The translations under genes were made by a program, and so were the position numbers. From Desulfomicrobium sp. (lineage in GTDB: Bacteria; Desulfobacterota; Desulfovibrionia; Desulfovibrionales; Desulfomicrobiaceae), in assembly GCA_040768745.1 (NCBI GenBank), contig JAXGMI010000002.1, forward strand, positions 640,001-704,000: 64,000 bases of DNA, read 5' to 3'. Below are positions 45,071 through 57,586 of the stretch, in pieces; positions within the stretch are counted from its first letter, which is position 1, and each line of letters starts with the position of its first letter. The notes below the pieces were generated by a model. That model was not told the origin of the DNA and searched no databases. It saw only the letters and a list, made by a program, of their open reading frames with translations.

Positions 45071-46666
45071 TTAAATGCTCGGTTGGGTCCCTGGCTGTCG
45101 TCTTTCCAGCCAGGCGTCGAAAAAGATGCGTGACACGAAAATGGCCGTGAACATGGAGGCCAGGATGCCCAGGGTCAGCGTGACGGCAAACCCCCGCACC
45201 GGACCCGTGCCGAACTGATAGAGGATGACCGCGGCGATGATGGTGGTCAGGTTGGAGTCCACAATGGTCATGGTCGCCCGGGAGAACCCGTTCGTGATGG
45301 CGTTGGACACGGACTCTCCGCGCCGCAACTCCTCCCGGATGCGCTCGTAGATGAGCACGTTGGCATCCACGGCCATCCCCAGGGTCAGGATGATGCCGGC
45401 GATGCCGGGCAGGGTCAGGGTCGCCCCAAAGGCGGCCAGGCCTGCCAGAATGAGAATGATGTCGAGAACGATCTCAAATGAGGCAATGAGTCCGGCCCGG
45501 CGGTAATAGATGGACATGAAGATGATGACGGCCAGACCGCCGATGAACGCCGCGAACATGCCCTTGTCGATGGATTCCTGACCGAGGGAAGGGCCGACAG
45601 AACGTTCCTCCAGGATGGTCACCGGCGCGGGCAGGGACCCGGCGCGCAGAACCACGGCCAGATCATGGGCTTCTTCCGTTGTGAACTGCCCGGTGATGGA
45701 GGCCCGCCCACCGGCGATCCGATCCTGGATAACCGGGGCGGAGTGCACCTTGCCGTCCAGCACGATGGCCAGCCGCTTCTTCACATTGGCCCCGGTCACA
45801 TCCTCGAAGATGCGTGCGCCCCTGGCGTTGAAATTCATACCCACATACGCCTGTCCGTACGAATCGAACTGCACGTTGGCATCGGTGATGTATTCGCCGG
45901 TCAGGACCACCTCGGACTTGAGCACGATGGGAGTCTGCGTTTCGGCGGCGTTCTTCTTGCTGAAAAGATAGGCCAGCTCGCTCTCCGGTGGAACCTTGCC
46001 GGCCAGGGCTGCCTGCACATCGGCCGTTTCGTCCACAAGCCTGAATTCCAGGTGAGCGGTGCGCCCGATGATGCTGATGGCCCGCTTGGGGTCGTCCAAG
46101 CCGGGAAGCTGCACAATGATGCGGTTGCCCAGCTGCTTGCGGATGTCGGGCTCGGCCACGCCGAACTGGTCAATGCGGTTGCGGATGGTCTTCAGGGCCT
46201 GATCCATGGTCAGGTTTTCGACATATTTGACATGCTCGTCGGTGGCGGTCAGCACATATCTGAGCTGGCCATTGCCTGCCTCTGTTGAGGAGGTGACGCC
46301 CATGCTGCCGAAACGCTTCTTGAGCAGATCCTCCAGTTCCTGCCGCTGTTCGGCCTTGAGCAGGATGAATTCGAGCTGATTCGTGCCCAGGAGTTTCGGG
46401 CGCAGGACCATGATCTTCTTGTCCCGGGCTTCGGCGCGCAGGTCCTGACCGGCACTGGTCACCGCATTGGCCATGGCTGTTTCGAGATCCACCCCCAGGG
46501 TCAGGTGAATGCCGCCCTTCAAGTCCAGCCCAAGACTGATTTCATCGGAGGGCAGGAGCTTGCCCAGGAAGGACGTGCGCACCGAAGGAATCGATGGCAG
46601 GATATATATGAGGGCCACCACAATCACGAAAGCGGCAAGCACTGCCCTCCAACGCAAACTACCCAT
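45071..46666 (-). CDS. secD: Protein translocase subunit SecD
   Basis: LGLDLKGG, RIDQFGVAEP, VGPSLG, GMAVDANVLIYERIREE. Confidence 0.96.
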   Translation of the reverse strand: MGSLRWRAVLAAFVIVVALIYILPSIPSVRTSFLGKLLPSDEISLGLDLKGGIHLTLGVDLETAMANAVTSAGQDLRAEARDKKIMVLRPKLLGTNQLEFILLKAEQRQELEDLLKKRFGSMGVTSSTEAGNGQLRYVLTATDEHVKYVENLTMDQALKTIRNRIDQFGVAEPDIRKQLGNRIIVQLPGLDDPKRAISIIGRTAHLEFRLVDETADVQAALAGKVPPESELAYLFSKKNAAETQTPIVLKSEVVLTGEYITDANVQFDSYGQAYVGMNFNARGARIFEDVTGANVKKRLAIVLDGKVHSAPVIQDRIAGGRASITGQFTTEEAHDLAVVLRAGSLPAPVTILEERSVGPSLGQESIDKGMFAAFIGGLAVIIFMSIYYRRAGLIASFEIVLDIILILAGLAAFGATLTLPGIAGIILTLGMAVDANVLIYERIREELRRGESVSNAITNGFSRATMTIVDSNLTTIIAAVILYQFGTGPVRGFAVTLTLGILASMFTAIFVSRIFFDAWLERRQPGTQPSI

Positions 46667-46816
46667 GAGCGTCATCCTTACAAACGTACAAAGCAAACAG
46701 GTTGGAAAGCGCCGCGACGTCGACCTCAACCGACCGAGGGCGCGACAACACACAAAACGCCTCACCCCTCAAGATGGGGAGAGACCCGCCGTAGCGCAGG
46801 ACGGGTCAAAACACCA

Positions 46817-47170
46817 CTATTTCTTGTCCTTGGACTTGTTCACACCGCCTTCAGGGCTCAACACAGCGGAAATGAAGGCACGTCCGACCTGAACCTGCAC
46901 ATTGCTGCCTACATCCAGGGTCAATACGTCATCTTTGGCTTCGATCACGCGACCATACAGCCCGCCCGCGGTGATGACGCGATCTCCGCGGCCCAGATTT
47001 TCCAGCATCTGTTTGTGTTCCTTCTGCTTCTTCTGCTGCGGGCGGATGAGCAGAAAATAGAAGATAACGAACATGAGGATGAGCGGCATGAATGTCATCA
47101 GCGGCCCTCCGGGCTGGCCATCAGCGACCGGGGCCTGGCCCATGGCGTGGGCGAGATTTTCAAAAAACAT
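46817..47170 (-). CDS. yajC: Preprotein translocase subunit YajC
   Basis: FYFLLIRPQQKKQKEH, GDRVITAGGLYG; upstream of secD. Confidence 0.95.
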   Translation of the reverse strand: MFFENLAHAMGQAPVADGQPGGPLMTFMPLILMFVIFYFLLIRPQQKKQKEHKQMLENLGRGDRVITAGGLYGRVIEAKDDVLTLDVGSNVQVQVGRAFISAVLSPEGGVNKSKDKK

Positions 47171-47248
47171 GAGTTCCTCCGTTATGTAAGTGCATCTGTT
47201 CGCTGGGTGGCTACCCTGGAGTAGCCGGAAATTCAAGATCAAACCGGC

Positions 47249-48667
47249 CTAGATCCCGAGAATCTCCCGGTATTCAGCGATTTCGTCGCGCAGTGCCCGC
47301 AGCTTGGCCTGTTGATCCGTTCTGACGGCCAAGGCTTCGGCTTTTTGCAGGTGAAATGTGTATTTGGTGAACTGTCGCTTGTAGGCAAATGCCCTGGCAA
47401 AATGCAAATGCCCGTCGAACTGGTTGCCCATGGCCGCATGGTAGCGGCCCAAATTTTCCTGCACTTCCGCATCGCGCGGCACGGACTTGGCCACCTTCTC
47501 CATAGCCGCGATGCTGGCCCCGAAGTTGCCCTGCTCAGCCACGGCCCGGGCATAGAAAAACAGGGCAAAGAGGTCTGCGGGGTTCTTCAGCACAGCCTCC
47601 TGCAGGGCCTCCACGGCGGTACTGAGTTCGCCATACTCGAAGGCAAAGCGGCCATACTCCCGCTTCCACAGGGGGTCCCCGGGGTTGCATGCCAGGGCTT
47701 CGTGAAAACGCGCTCTGGCTTCCTCGACCTGGTGCAATCGGCTCAAGGCAATGGCATCCCCGAGCTTGGAAAGGCAGGCCGTGGACGCGGAAGAGGAGAA
47801 TACAGCGTTGGCCGTGTTGGCGTCGCTGAACCAAGCGTGTACCAGTGTGCGGACCTTGTAAAACTCCCTGTTGTCCGTGGGCTGCTGATGCACGCCCTGT
47901 GACAGGCGGGAGATGCGCTCCTGCATGTAGCCGAGGCGATCGTCCAGACCGGGATGGGTGGTCAGATAGGAGGGTACGCTCCCCCCGCCGCCCAGCCACT
48001 GCAGTTTGCGGATCTTTTCAAAAGCCCTGGTCGTGCCCGCAGGGGAAAATCCGGCCTTGACCAGGTATTCCAACCCAAACTGGTCCGCATCTTTTTCGTT
48101 CTCCCGGGTGTACTTGAGCTGCAGGGACTGTGATCCGGCAACGGCTCCAATGGCCAGGGCGTCGCCGCTTTCCGAGCTGACCTGGGACCCGATCAGCACC
48201 CCGGCCAGAATGCCGAGCAGGGAACCGGCCCCGATGAACTGGCTTTTCTCAATGGAGCGGGCGATGTGCCGCTCCGAAACATGGGCCAGTTCATGTGCAA
48301 TGACACTGGCCAGTTCGTCCTCCCCATCAAGATTGGCGATCAGCCCGGTGAAGATCGTCACGTGGCCAGCGGCGGAAGCAAAGGCGTTCAGCGCGCCGTT
48401 GCGGACCACCGTGACCTTGATGGGAAAGGGCTGGGGAGGCATGACGGCCACCAGCCGGTCCACCAGGGATTGGACATAGCCCGTGATAACGCTGTCATGG
48501 ACCACGGGAAATCTGGTCTCGATGACCAGATCGAACTTCCGGGCCAGTTCCAGTTCATCCCGGATGGTGAACTCGCCCAGCCAGGCCCGGGCCGGAAAGG
48601 GAAGAAAAAGAATGGCCAGGCAGAGCAGGCCTGTCTCCCAGAGCCGGGCCGCACGGCCAAGCATCAC
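47249..48667 (-). CDS. M48 metalloprotease with TPRs (BepA/YfgC-like)
   Basis: Signal peptide, LNAFA, AHELAHV, YTRENEKDAD, YLTTHP, C-terminal TPR-like helices. Confidence 0.9.
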   Translation of the reverse strand: MMLGRAARLWETGLLCLAILFLPFPARAWLGEFTIRDELELARKFDLVIETRFPVVHDSVITGYVQSLVDRLVAVMPPQPFPIKVTVVRNGALNAFASAAGHVTIFTGLIANLDGEDELASVIAHELAHVSERHIARSIEKSQFIGAGSLLGILAGVLIGSQVSSESGDALAIGAVAGSQSLQLKYTRENEKDADQFGLEYLVKAGFSPAGTTRAFEKIRKLQWLGGGGSVPSYLTTHPGLDDRLGYMQERISRLSQGVHQQPTDNREFYKVRTLVHAWFSDANTANAVFSSSASTACLSKLGDAIALSRLHQVEEARARFHEALACNPGDPLWKREYGRFAFEYGELSTAVEALQEAVLKNPADLFALFFYARAVAEQGNFGASIAAMEKVAKSVPRDAEVQENLGRYHAAMGNQFDGHLHFARAFAYKRQFTKYTFHLQKAEALAVRTDQQAKLRALRDEIAEYREILGI

Positions 48668-49560
48668 GCTGTCCTCGGGTCCGCCAGGGCCGGGCCGCGG
48701 CGCTTGAAGCCGCTGAGGAGGAAACGGCGGACTGGTCCGGTCCCCTCCAGCCGGAGCTTGTCGCCGCGCTCTTCTGGCGAGAGCGCCCTGCTCTGTTCTT
48801 TGAGACGAAGGGTGAAATACGCGCGGAACAATTCCTCCACCTCGGCATAGGACCTGACCTGCAGCTGGTCGAGGTCCGAGATGCTGATGCCCAGCCCGTC
48901 GGTGGGCACGGCCTCGATGGCCAACTGCAAGGGTACGGGGTCCTTCAGGCGGGCGCAGAGCATGCGGGCCAGATCGTATTCCGTGCTTTTTGGAATAAGC
49001 TGGATGGGGCTGACATCCCCCACATCCCCGTGCAGGGTCCAGAATCCGGTCAGCAGTTCATCCAGCTGATCCGTGGAGAGCACGCAACCGCCATGAAGCT
49101 GCGCGACATGGTAGAGAAAGATCATCCGCACCCTGGCTTTGATGTTGCCTTCGGCCAACGGGGTGGAAGCGGGGCAGATGTCTGCAAAAGTCCGGGAAAT
49201 CCGGGCATAGAGATCCGTGAAATCGTGCACCTGGCGGCATGACGTTCCCTGGGGAGGGTTGGCGTAGGCCAGGGCCGCCCTTGTGCCGCGATCAATCTCG
49301 GCCGGGGTGTTGGAAGCGATGGGCAGACAGAATCCAAGATAGGGAATGCGACGGTGGTGGAGCAGGGCCGCGAGAAAGGACGAATCGACCCCCCCGGAAA
49401 GACCCATGACATAGAGTTTCAGTTTCGAGACACGCAGATACTCTTCCAGAAAATCACCCAGGGCATCCAGCAGCCCGGGAGAAGCCTTGATGTCAAGAAG
49501 TTCAAGCCAGAGCGCAAAATCGTCGTCACGAGGACATGCCGTCCTGGTCAGCCCAGCCAT
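48664..49560 (-). CDS. nadE: NH3-dependent NAD(+) synthetase
   Basis: GLSGGVDSS, GNIKARVRM, GFWTLHGD, PTDGL. Confidence 0.88.
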   Translation of the reverse strand: MAGLTRTACPRDDDFALWLELLDIKASPGLLDALGDFLEEYLRVSKLKLYVMGLSGGVDSSFLAALLHHRRIPYLGFCLPIASNTPAEIDRGTRAALAYANPPQGTSCRQVHDFTDLYARISRTFADICPASTPLAEGNIKARVRMIFLYHVAQLHGGCVLSTDQLDELLTGFWTLHGDVGDVSPIQLIPKSTEYDLARMLCARLKDPVPLQLAIEAVPTDGLGISISDLDQLQVRSYAEVEELFRAYFTLRLKEQSRALSPEERGDKLRLEGTGPVRRFLLSGFKRRGPALADPRTA

Positions 49561-49571
49561 TCCCTTCTCCT

Positions 49572-50819
49572 CTAGGAGTTCATCATCTCCAAAAAGTCCT
49601 TGTTGCCCTTGGTCCCGCGCATTTTGTCCAGCAGAAAATCCATGCTGTCAACAGAGTTCATGGGGGCCATGACCCGGCGCAGGATCCACACCTTGTTCAG
49701 CACATCGGGATCAAGCAGGAGTTCCTCTTTGCGGGTTCCGGAACGGTTCAGGTCAATGGCGGGGAAAAGGCGTTTGTCCGAAAGATGGCGGTCCAGATAG
49801 ATGTCGGAATTGCCCGTGCCCTTGAACTCTTCGAAGATGACTTCGTCCATGCGCGAACCGGTATCGATCAGGGCTGTGGAAATGATGGTCAGGCTGCCAC
49901 CCTCCTCGATGTTGCGGGCCGCACCGAAAAAGCGCTTGGGCCGCTGCAGGGCATTGGCATCCAGCCCGCCGGACAGGACCCTGCCCGAGGAGGGCGTGGT
50001 GGCGTTATAGGCCCTGCCCAAACGGGTGATGGAATCGAGGAGAATGACGACATCCACCTTGCGTTCCACCAGACGCTTGGCCTTTTCCAGGACCATTTCC
50101 GCCACCTGCACATGGCGTTGCGGCGGCTCGTCAAATGTCGAACTGATGACCTCGGCCTTGACGGTCCGCTCCATGTCCGTGACCTCTTCAGGGCGCTCGT
50201 CAATCAGAAGCACGATGAGATAGGCGTCGGGATGGTTCACGCTGATGGAATTGGCGATGGTCTGCATCAGCATGGTCTTTCCGGTCCGGGGCGGTGCCAC
50301 GATAAGAGCCCGTTGCCCTTTGCCGATGGGGGTCATGAGGTCCATGATCCGGGCCGAGTAATTCTTGTCTCCATTCTCCAGTCGGAACTGCTCGTCCGGA
50401 TAGATGGGGGTCAGGTTGTCAAACAGGACGATCCGTTTGGCCTCCTCTGGCTCGCGGAAACAAATCTCCTTCACCCTGAGCAAGGCGAAATAGCGCTCTC
50501 CTTCCTTGGGTGGCCGGATCTGCCCGGAAATGACATCCCCTGTGCGCAGTCCAAATCGCCTGATTTGTGAGGGCGACACATATATATCGTCCGGCCCCGG
50601 CATGTAACTGTACATCGGAGATCGTAGAAAACCAAATCCATCGGGAAGAATCTCCAGCACACCTTCCCCAAAGATGGAACCGTTTTGTGATGCGCAGGCC
50701 TGAAGCAAGGCGAAAATCAGCTCCTGCTTGCGCAGGCCGCTTGGATTTTCGATTTGATACTGTGCTGCGATATCCATGAGTTCAGACATGGATTTGGTTT
50801 TCAATTCGGAAAGATTCAT
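49572..50819 (-). CDS. rho: Transcription termination factor Rho
   Basis: [46 protein letters not shown]. Confidence 0.98.
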   Translation of the reverse strand: MNLSELKTKSMSELMDIAAQYQIENPSGLRKQELIFALLQACASQNGSIFGEGVLEILPDGFGFLRSPMYSYMPGPDDIYVSPSQIRRFGLRTGDVISGQIRPPKEGERYFALLRVKEICFREPEEAKRIVLFDNLTPIYPDEQFRLENGDKNYSARIMDLMTPIGKGQRALIVAPPRTGKTMLMQTIANSISVNHPDAYLIVLLIDERPEEVTDMERTVKAEVISSTFDEPPQRHVQVAEMVLEKAKRLVERKVDVVILLDSITRLGRAYNATTPSSGRVLSGGLDANALQRPKRFFGAARNIEEGGSLTIISTALIDTGSRMDEVIFEEFKGTGNSDIYLDRHLSDKRLFPAIDLNRSGTRKEELLLDPDVLNKVWILRRVMAPMNSVDSMDFLLDKMRGTKGNKDFLEMMNS

Positions 50820-51061
50820 AACAAACCTCGCGACAAAAATATAAGCTAAAACATAAGACGTGAAATCAGATAAATCTCAATACAAATTGTATGAGTATTT
50901 CAACAGGATAGTAGATGGATGATAAAGATGCGTTGCGTCGAATCCTGGTACCATTCAAGGCATTACATATATGGATAACTTCTGGGTACGAGTAGTGTCT
51001 GGCAGGAACAATATCAAATTACTTGAACACAAGAAAAAAAACAAGGGGTTCGTCCCCCTTT

Positions 51062-51592
51062 TCAATCTCCAACAGGCCCATCTTCGGAAGTCTTCGCATG
51101 CAGGATGTCGGCGAAAAGACTTTCGATGGACTTCTTGACCTCGGCCTGAGTCAGGCCCAAGGCAAAGGACAATTCAAGGGAAATGAGCCCCATGGCCTGT
51201 TCCAGCAGCCGACGCTCTCCAAAAGACAGCTCCTTGTCCTTGCCGATGAGGATCAGTTCCTTGAGCACATAGGCCACGTCCCGCAAATTGCTGCTTTTCA
51301 ACTTCTCCGAGTATTCGCGATACCGGCGGTTCCAGTTCTGGCCTGAATAGCCGGTAAAATCAGAACGATCCTGAAGGTACGCACGGATCTCGTCTGCCTG
51401 CTCCGCAGAATAGACGCCACGCAATCCCACGTTCTTGGCGTTCTTCACGGGCACCATGAGCGTCACGTTGTTGCTGAGGATGCGCACGATAATGAGTTCC
51501 GTGGCCACGCCGCCGATTTCCTGGGTTTCGATCCTTTCGACCTTCCCGACCCCCTGCGCGGGATAGACGACAAGTTCACCAGCGGAAAACAC
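51062..51592 (-). CDS. carD: CarD family transcriptional regulator
   Basis: FSAGELVVYPAQGVGKV, NWNRRYREYSEKL, LSFGERRLL. GTG start with GGAGG RBS. Confidence 0.93.
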   Translation of the reverse strand: MFSAGELVVYPAQGVGKVERIETQEIGGVATELIIVRILSNNVTLMVPVKNAKNVGLRGVYSAEQADEIRAYLQDRSDFTGYSGQNWNRRYREYSEKLKSSNLRDVAYVLKELILIGKDKELSFGERRLLEQAMGLISLELSFALGLTQAEVKKSIESLFADILHAKTSEDGPVGD

Positions 51593-51686
51593 AACCGACC
51601 TCCAGGATGACAAAATCGAACAGCATAGGTGAGTTTTTATAGATGAAAATTGATGGGCAGTCCACAACAGGAAGTTGGACTCATCT

Positions 51687-52283
51687 TCAGCGCGCATGGA
51701 GTTTCGCGGTGGCTGAGTCCAACCCATCCCGGCAGTAGTCCAGCACAGCATCCACGGCCAGATCCAAAACCTGAGCCACGGCGCCCCATTCCTCGGCAAG
51801 AAACGATCTGAGCACGTACTCTGCCATGACTTCGCTGCTTTCCGGACGGCCAATCCCGAGGCGCAGCCGGCAGAAATCCCGTGTTCCGAGATGGGCTGCC
51901 ACGGACTTCAATCCGTTGTGGCCGGCAAGACCGCCTGAAAATTTGAACCGCACAGTTCCCAAAGGCAGATCGAGTTCATCGTGCATGACAAGAATCTTTG
52001 CCGCCGGGATTCCGTGCTTCCGGGCAAGTTCTCCCACGACCTGGCCGCTCAGGTTCATGAAGGTCAATGGCTTGACCAGAAGCCAACTCCGCTTTCCGAA
52101 GTCTTCGCCCGCTTCCCACACGGTCGCATTCAGCCGGACATTCCTGCTTTCACAAACACATCCGGGTCGATTGGCCCAGTATGCGACCACTCGATCCGCA
52201 AGCATGAAGCCGAAATTGTGTCTGGTGCGGGCATACTTGGTGCCAGGGTTGCCCAGACCGACAATCAGTCCGTCATATGCCAT
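51687..52283 (-). CDS. pth: Peptidyl-tRNA hydrolase
   Basis: LIVGLGNPG...TRHNFGF, KPLTFMNLSG, HDELDL, GHNGLKS. Confidence 0.97.
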   Translation of the reverse strand: MAYDGLIVGLGNPGTKYARTRHNFGFMLADRVVAYWANRPGCVCESRNVRLNATVWEAGEDFGKRSWLLVKPLTFMNLSGQVVGELARKHGIPAAKILVMHDELDLPLGTVRFKFSGGLAGHNGLKSVAAHLGTRDFCRLRLGIGRPESSEVMAEYVLRSFLAEEWGAVAQVLDLAVDAVLDYCRDGLDSATAKLHAR

Positions 52284-52322
52284 GGGGAACCGTCAAAACG
52301 AGATGTACGGAAAAGGAGGAAA

Positions 52323-52344
52323 GAGCCCCGCGTGAGCGGGGCCC
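52323..52344 (-). terminator. Hairpin/terminator after rplY
   Basis: Minus strand GGGCCCCGC-TCAC-GCGGGGCTC followed by TTT. Confidence 0.55.
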
Positions 52345-52359
52345 AGGGGTGCTGGAAGA

Positions 52360-52956
52360 CTACTGGATTTCTTCTTCGCCGGCCTTGGCGCCACGGCTGG
52401 TCACGACGGCCAGAACGGCATAGTTGCGGTCGTAGACGGCTTTCACGCCTTCGGGCAAAGGCAACTGGTCGACAAAAACCTTGTCTGCAATGTCCAGTTC
52501 TGTGACATCCACCACGATGGAATCCGGAATCATGGCCGGCAGGCAGCGCACCATGACGCGCTCCTCGAAAATTTCCAGCCTGCCCCCCAGAACCACGCCC
52601 TTGGCCCGGCCAGTGGTTTCAACGGGAATGGTGACCTGCACTTCCTTGTCCAGATCGATGCCCACGAAATCAACGTGATCATAGCGGCGCTTGACGGGGT
52701 GAGAAACCAGCTTCTTGAACAGGGCGTTGCGCTTCTCGATCTGACCGTCCACGTCGATGTGGAGTTCAATCATCTTGGAATAGCGCACCTTTTCGAAAGC
52801 CTTGCCCAAAGCCATGTTGTCCACAGAAAAGGAAATATTTTCACCTTTTGAATTGTAGAAAACTCCGGGAACAAGACCCTGGGAACGCAGACGGGCGCAA
52901 GGACCTTTGCCCCTTTCCGCGCGCTGCGTTAACTGCAAACTTGTGACTTCAGACAT
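52360..52956 (-). CDS. rplY: 50S ribosomal protein L25/Ctc
   Basis: RLRSQGLVPGVFY, HPVK...HVDF, GVVLGG, C-terminal Ctc domain; prs-rplY-pth synteny. Confidence 0.95.
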   Translation of the reverse strand: MSEVTSLQLTQRAERGKGPCARLRSQGLVPGVFYNSKGENISFSVDNMALGKAFEKVRYSKMIELHIDVDGQIEKRNALFKKLVSHPVKRRYDHVDFVGIDLDKEVQVTIPVETTGRAKGVVLGGRLEIFEERVMVRCLPAMIPDSIVVDVTELDIADKVFVDQLPLPEGVKAVYDRNYAVLAVVTSRGAKAGEEEIQ

Positions 52957-53000
52957 GATTTTCTCCTTTATTCGTCATCGAAAAGCTGTCCCGGCCCGAT

Positions 53001-53945
53001 TCAACTGAAGAGAACGCTGACCGAGGACTCGGAATGGATGTTGTGAATGGCTTTGGCAATCAGGCTGCCAACAGAAATAACCTTGAATTTGTCACTCCCT
53101 GCAGCTTTGGGATTGAGCGGGATGGTGTCGGTCACGATGATCTGCGAGAAGGGGGAACTCGTCAGCCTGTCCACCGCAGGTCCGGACAGAACCGGATGGG
53201 TGGCACAGGCCACGACATCCTGGGCCCCTTGCTCGGCCAGGAGATTGCCCGCCTCGGTCATGGTCCCCCCCGTATCGATCATGTCGTCAAGCACCACTGC
53301 GATCTTGCCCTTGACGTCGCCGATAAGCTGCATGGCATGGGCCTTGTTGGGACCTTCGCGCCGCTTGTCCACGATGGCCAACCCCACGCCCAGACGCTTT
53401 GCGTAGGCCCTGGCTCGCTCCGTTCCACCGGCATCGGGAGATACGACAATGAGGTTGTCGCCCAGCTTTCTGATGTAATCCAACAGGACCTGGGCGGCAT
53501 ACAGATTGTCCACGGGCTTGTCGAAAAAGCCCTGTATCTGGCCAGAATGCAGATCAATGGTCAACACGCGATCCACTCCGGCCACAGAGATGAAGTCCGC
53601 CACCAGCTTCGCGCTGATGGGCACCCTGGGCACCACTTTGCGATCCTGGCGTGCATAGCCGAAATACGGCACGACAGCCGTGACCCTTCCGGCGCTGGCC
53701 CTTTTGAGGGCGTCCAGCATCAGGCAAAGTTCCATCAGGTTGTGGTTGACCGGAGCGCACGTGGATTGCACCACGTACACGTCATCGCCGCGGACATTGT
53801 CGCTCATCTCGATGCGGATTTCTCCGTCACTGAACCTGTCGACCAGGGCAGGGGTCAGCTTGCAACCGAGATGATCGCAAATCCGGGTGGCAAGAGCCGG
53901 ATTGGCCGTGCCCGTGACGATCTTCAGCTCACCAACGCGTGACAT
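53001..53945 (-). CDS. prs: Ribose-phosphate pyrophosphokinase
   Basis: FSDGE, PYFGYARQDRK, VSPDAGG, DDMIDTGGT. Confidence 0.98.
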   Translation of the reverse strand: MSRVGELKIVTGTANPALATRICDHLGCKLTPALVDRFSDGEIRIEMSDNVRGDDVYVVQSTCAPVNHNLMELCLMLDALKRASAGRVTAVVPYFGYARQDRKVVPRVPISAKLVADFISVAGVDRVLTIDLHSGQIQGFFDKPVDNLYAAQVLLDYIRKLGDNLIVVSPDAGGTERARAYAKRLGVGLAIVDKRREGPNKAHAMQLIGDVKGKIAVVLDDMIDTGGTMTEAGNLLAEQGAQDVVACATHPVLSGPAVDRLTSSPFSQIIVTDTIPLNPKAAGSDKFKVISVGSLIAKAIHNIHSESSVSVLFS

Positions 53946-53963
53946 AATGCATCCTCATATAAA

Positions 53964-54039
53964 TGGCTGGGGCGGGAGGATTCGAACCTCCGAATGACGG
54001 AACCAAAACCCGTTGCCTTGCCAGCTTGGCGACGCCCCA
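53964..54039 (-). tRNA. tRNA-Gln(TTG)
   Basis: TGGGGCGTCGCCAAGCTGGCAAGGCAACGGGTTTTGGTTCCGTCATTCGGAGGTTCGAATCCTCCCGCCCCAGCCA, in the conserved position between ispE and prs. Confidence 0.96.
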
Positions 54040-54125
54040 ACACGGGTGCCTGGCGCGTCATGGACCAGGATCTCCCTCGTGATGAAAAAAAATACGGCCT
54101 CTGGCCAGCATCCAACCTTCTCTTC

Positions 54126-55010
54126 TCAGACACCTAGGTCAAAAGGCTGGCCGGACCGAATCCCATGGCAGACATGCCCCTGGGTCCGCATCCTCCGCGC
54201 ACAGCATGCCGCGTCTTCCGCAGAAGCAAAAAGGCCGACCATGGTGGATCCGCTCCCGCTCATGACGCAACCTGCTGCAGCATGATCCAAAATTTCTTGC
54301 TTTATCCCACTAAGTATCGGGAATTCCATAAATACTAAGTGTTCGAAAGCATTCCAGAGCGCGGGCTGTTTCGAGGAGCAAAATTTCATAATGAGGCCAT
54401 CTTGAAGTGTCAACCCTTTTCTCCGCGGCAGGCACCCCTGCGCAGACATCTCATCCCAGCGGCGATATGCCCATTTTGTGTTCGCCTGTAAGGCAGGGCA
54501 AACCAAAAGGACGGCAAGATCCCCGAGATCGAGATCCAGGAAGTGCAGATTTTCACCGATCCCGGTCACCCAAGCCGGTCTGTTCTGGAGGAAAAATGGG
54601 ACGTCCGCTCCAAGGGTCAGCGCCAGTTCAGACAGGGCCTCGGGGGCCAAACCCCGGGACTGCGCCCGGGCGTTGAGCCACAGCAGCAGCGAAGCGGCGT
54701 CACTGCTCCCTCCTCCCAGACCGGCGCCCATGGGAATGTTTTTTTCCAGAAAAAGGCGCAGTCCCGGTGCAAAACCCGTGAGGGAAGCATATTTCTGGTA
54801 CGCCCGGACCAAGATATTTTCGGGGGTGGCCAGGACGGGATCCGAGCAGGACAGGCGCAGACCTTCGCCTCCCTCTTCCAGCCGCAGCACATCGCAAGGT
54901 GCGGGTAACGGATAGAAGAGACTCTCGATCTCATGGTATCCGTCTTCCCGCACCCCGACGATATCGAGGTAGAGGTTGACCTTGCAGCCGGCGCGCAGCT
55001 CCCATTCCAT
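54126..55010 (-). CDS. ispE: 4-diphosphocytidyl-2C-methyl-D-erythritol kinase
   Basis: KVNLYL, DGYHEIES, KNIPMGAGLGGGSSDAA, GADVPFF, MSGSGST. Confidence 0.96.
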   Translation of the reverse strand: MEWELRAGCKVNLYLDIVGVREDGYHEIESLFYPLPAPCDVLRLEEGGEGLRLSCSDPVLATPENILVRAYQKYASLTGFAPGLRLFLEKNIPMGAGLGGGSSDAASLLLWLNARAQSRGLAPEALSELALTLGADVPFFLQNRPAWVTGIGENLHFLDLDLGDLAVLLVCPALQANTKWAYRRWDEMSAQGCLPRRKGLTLQDGLIMKFCSSKQPALWNAFEHLVFMEFPILSGIKQEILDHAAAGCVMSGSGSTMVGLFASAEDAACCARRMRTQGHVCHGIRSGQPFDLGV

Positions 55011-55046
55011 GGATTTGAAACCGCAAGCGCCCTTGCGGGCGCTGTT

Positions 55047-56468
<1,422 letters not shown>

Positions 56469-56587
56469 CGTGTACCTCCACACGTTTGCCTGATGAGCAT
56501 CGACCGTGCCAAACCTCTGGATCAACATCATCCGGGCCTGCATACCACCCTGGGTCCCGGACTTGTGCACATTACGGCACAAACAAG

Positions 56588-57583
56588 CTACACAACCGTC
56601 TCGGCGGCCAGTAAATTTTGCACATCCAGGTCTTCGTGGCTGCACAAAAAACACATGGCCGCCCATTCGGACCAGTACATCCCGTTCTGCCCCGAACCGG
56701 CAAAGCCGACGTGGCCTCCGGTGAGAGGAGAAAAAAGCTGCAGGCAGGGATGATGGGCTGCCTCGGCTCGGGGAAAACACTTTGGCCCCAAAAATGGATC
56801 GTTGGCGGCGTTGATGATGCACGTCCGCCGGTCGATGCCAGACAAAAACTGCCTGCAGCTGCACCGGCGCCAGTAGTCACGGGCGTTGCGGAATCCATGC
56901 AGAGGAGCCGTGAACCGGTCGTCAAATTCCCGAAATGTGCGTATCGAATCCAGTCCTTGGACATCCAATGCACTGGAAAAAAGACGATTCTTTTCTCTAA
57001 TCTTCTTTCGGAGCTGGTCAAGAAGGTAGCGGACATAGATGGCGCACTGGGGGCGGGCCAGGGCCTCGGCCGCATCCTCCAGATCGCACGGCACAGAAAA
57101 GGCCACGGCCCTTCGGACTATACCTGGGACGCGGGCCGCGTCCTCGCCCAGATATTTGAGCAGCACGTTCCCACCCAGGCTGAATCCGACAATATCCGCG
57201 CTGGCATAACGGCCTTGCCCCTGAACCATGCACAGGACTTCATGCAGATCCTGCGTCAACCCGGAATGATACATGGTCAGCTTGCGGTTCATCTCCCCCC
57301 CGCAGCCCCGAAAATTCATGGCCAGGACGTCAAAGCCGTGTGCCCTGGCCGCCCTGCCCATACCCAGGACATACTTTCGTCGGGAGTGACCTTCCAACCC
57401 ATGCAGGATGAGGACGAGACGGTCGCTTTTCCCACAGGACCAGTCCAGGTCCAGGAAATCACCATCAGACGTGTCCAGCCGCTGGCGTTCATAGTCAAGA
57501 TCAGGCTGGGCGCGAAAGAGAACCGGAAATACCGTGTGGACGTGACCATTGGAGAAAGGGAACGCAGTCCACAGACGCACCAC
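56588..57583 (-). CDS. YheT-like alpha/beta hydrolase
   Basis: DGDFLDLDW, LHGLEG, GFSLGGN, NDPF, GGHVGF. Confidence 0.9.
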   Translation of the reverse strand: MVRLWTAFPFSNGHVHTVFPVLFRAQPDLDYERQRLDTSDGDFLDLDWSCGKSDRLVLILHGLEGHSRRKYVLGMGRAARAHGFDVLAMNFRGCGGEMNRKLTMYHSGLTQDLHEVLCMVQGQGRYASADIVGFSLGGNVLLKYLGEDAARVPGIVRRAVAFSVPCDLEDAAEALARPQCAIYVRYLLDQLRKKIREKNRLFSSALDVQGLDSIRTFREFDDRFTAPLHGFRNARDYWRRCSCRQFLSGIDRRTCIINAANDPFLGPKCFPRAEAAHHPCLQLFSPLTGGHVGFAGSGQNGMYWSEWAAMCFLCSHEDLDVQNLLAAETVV

Positions 57584-57586
57584 GTT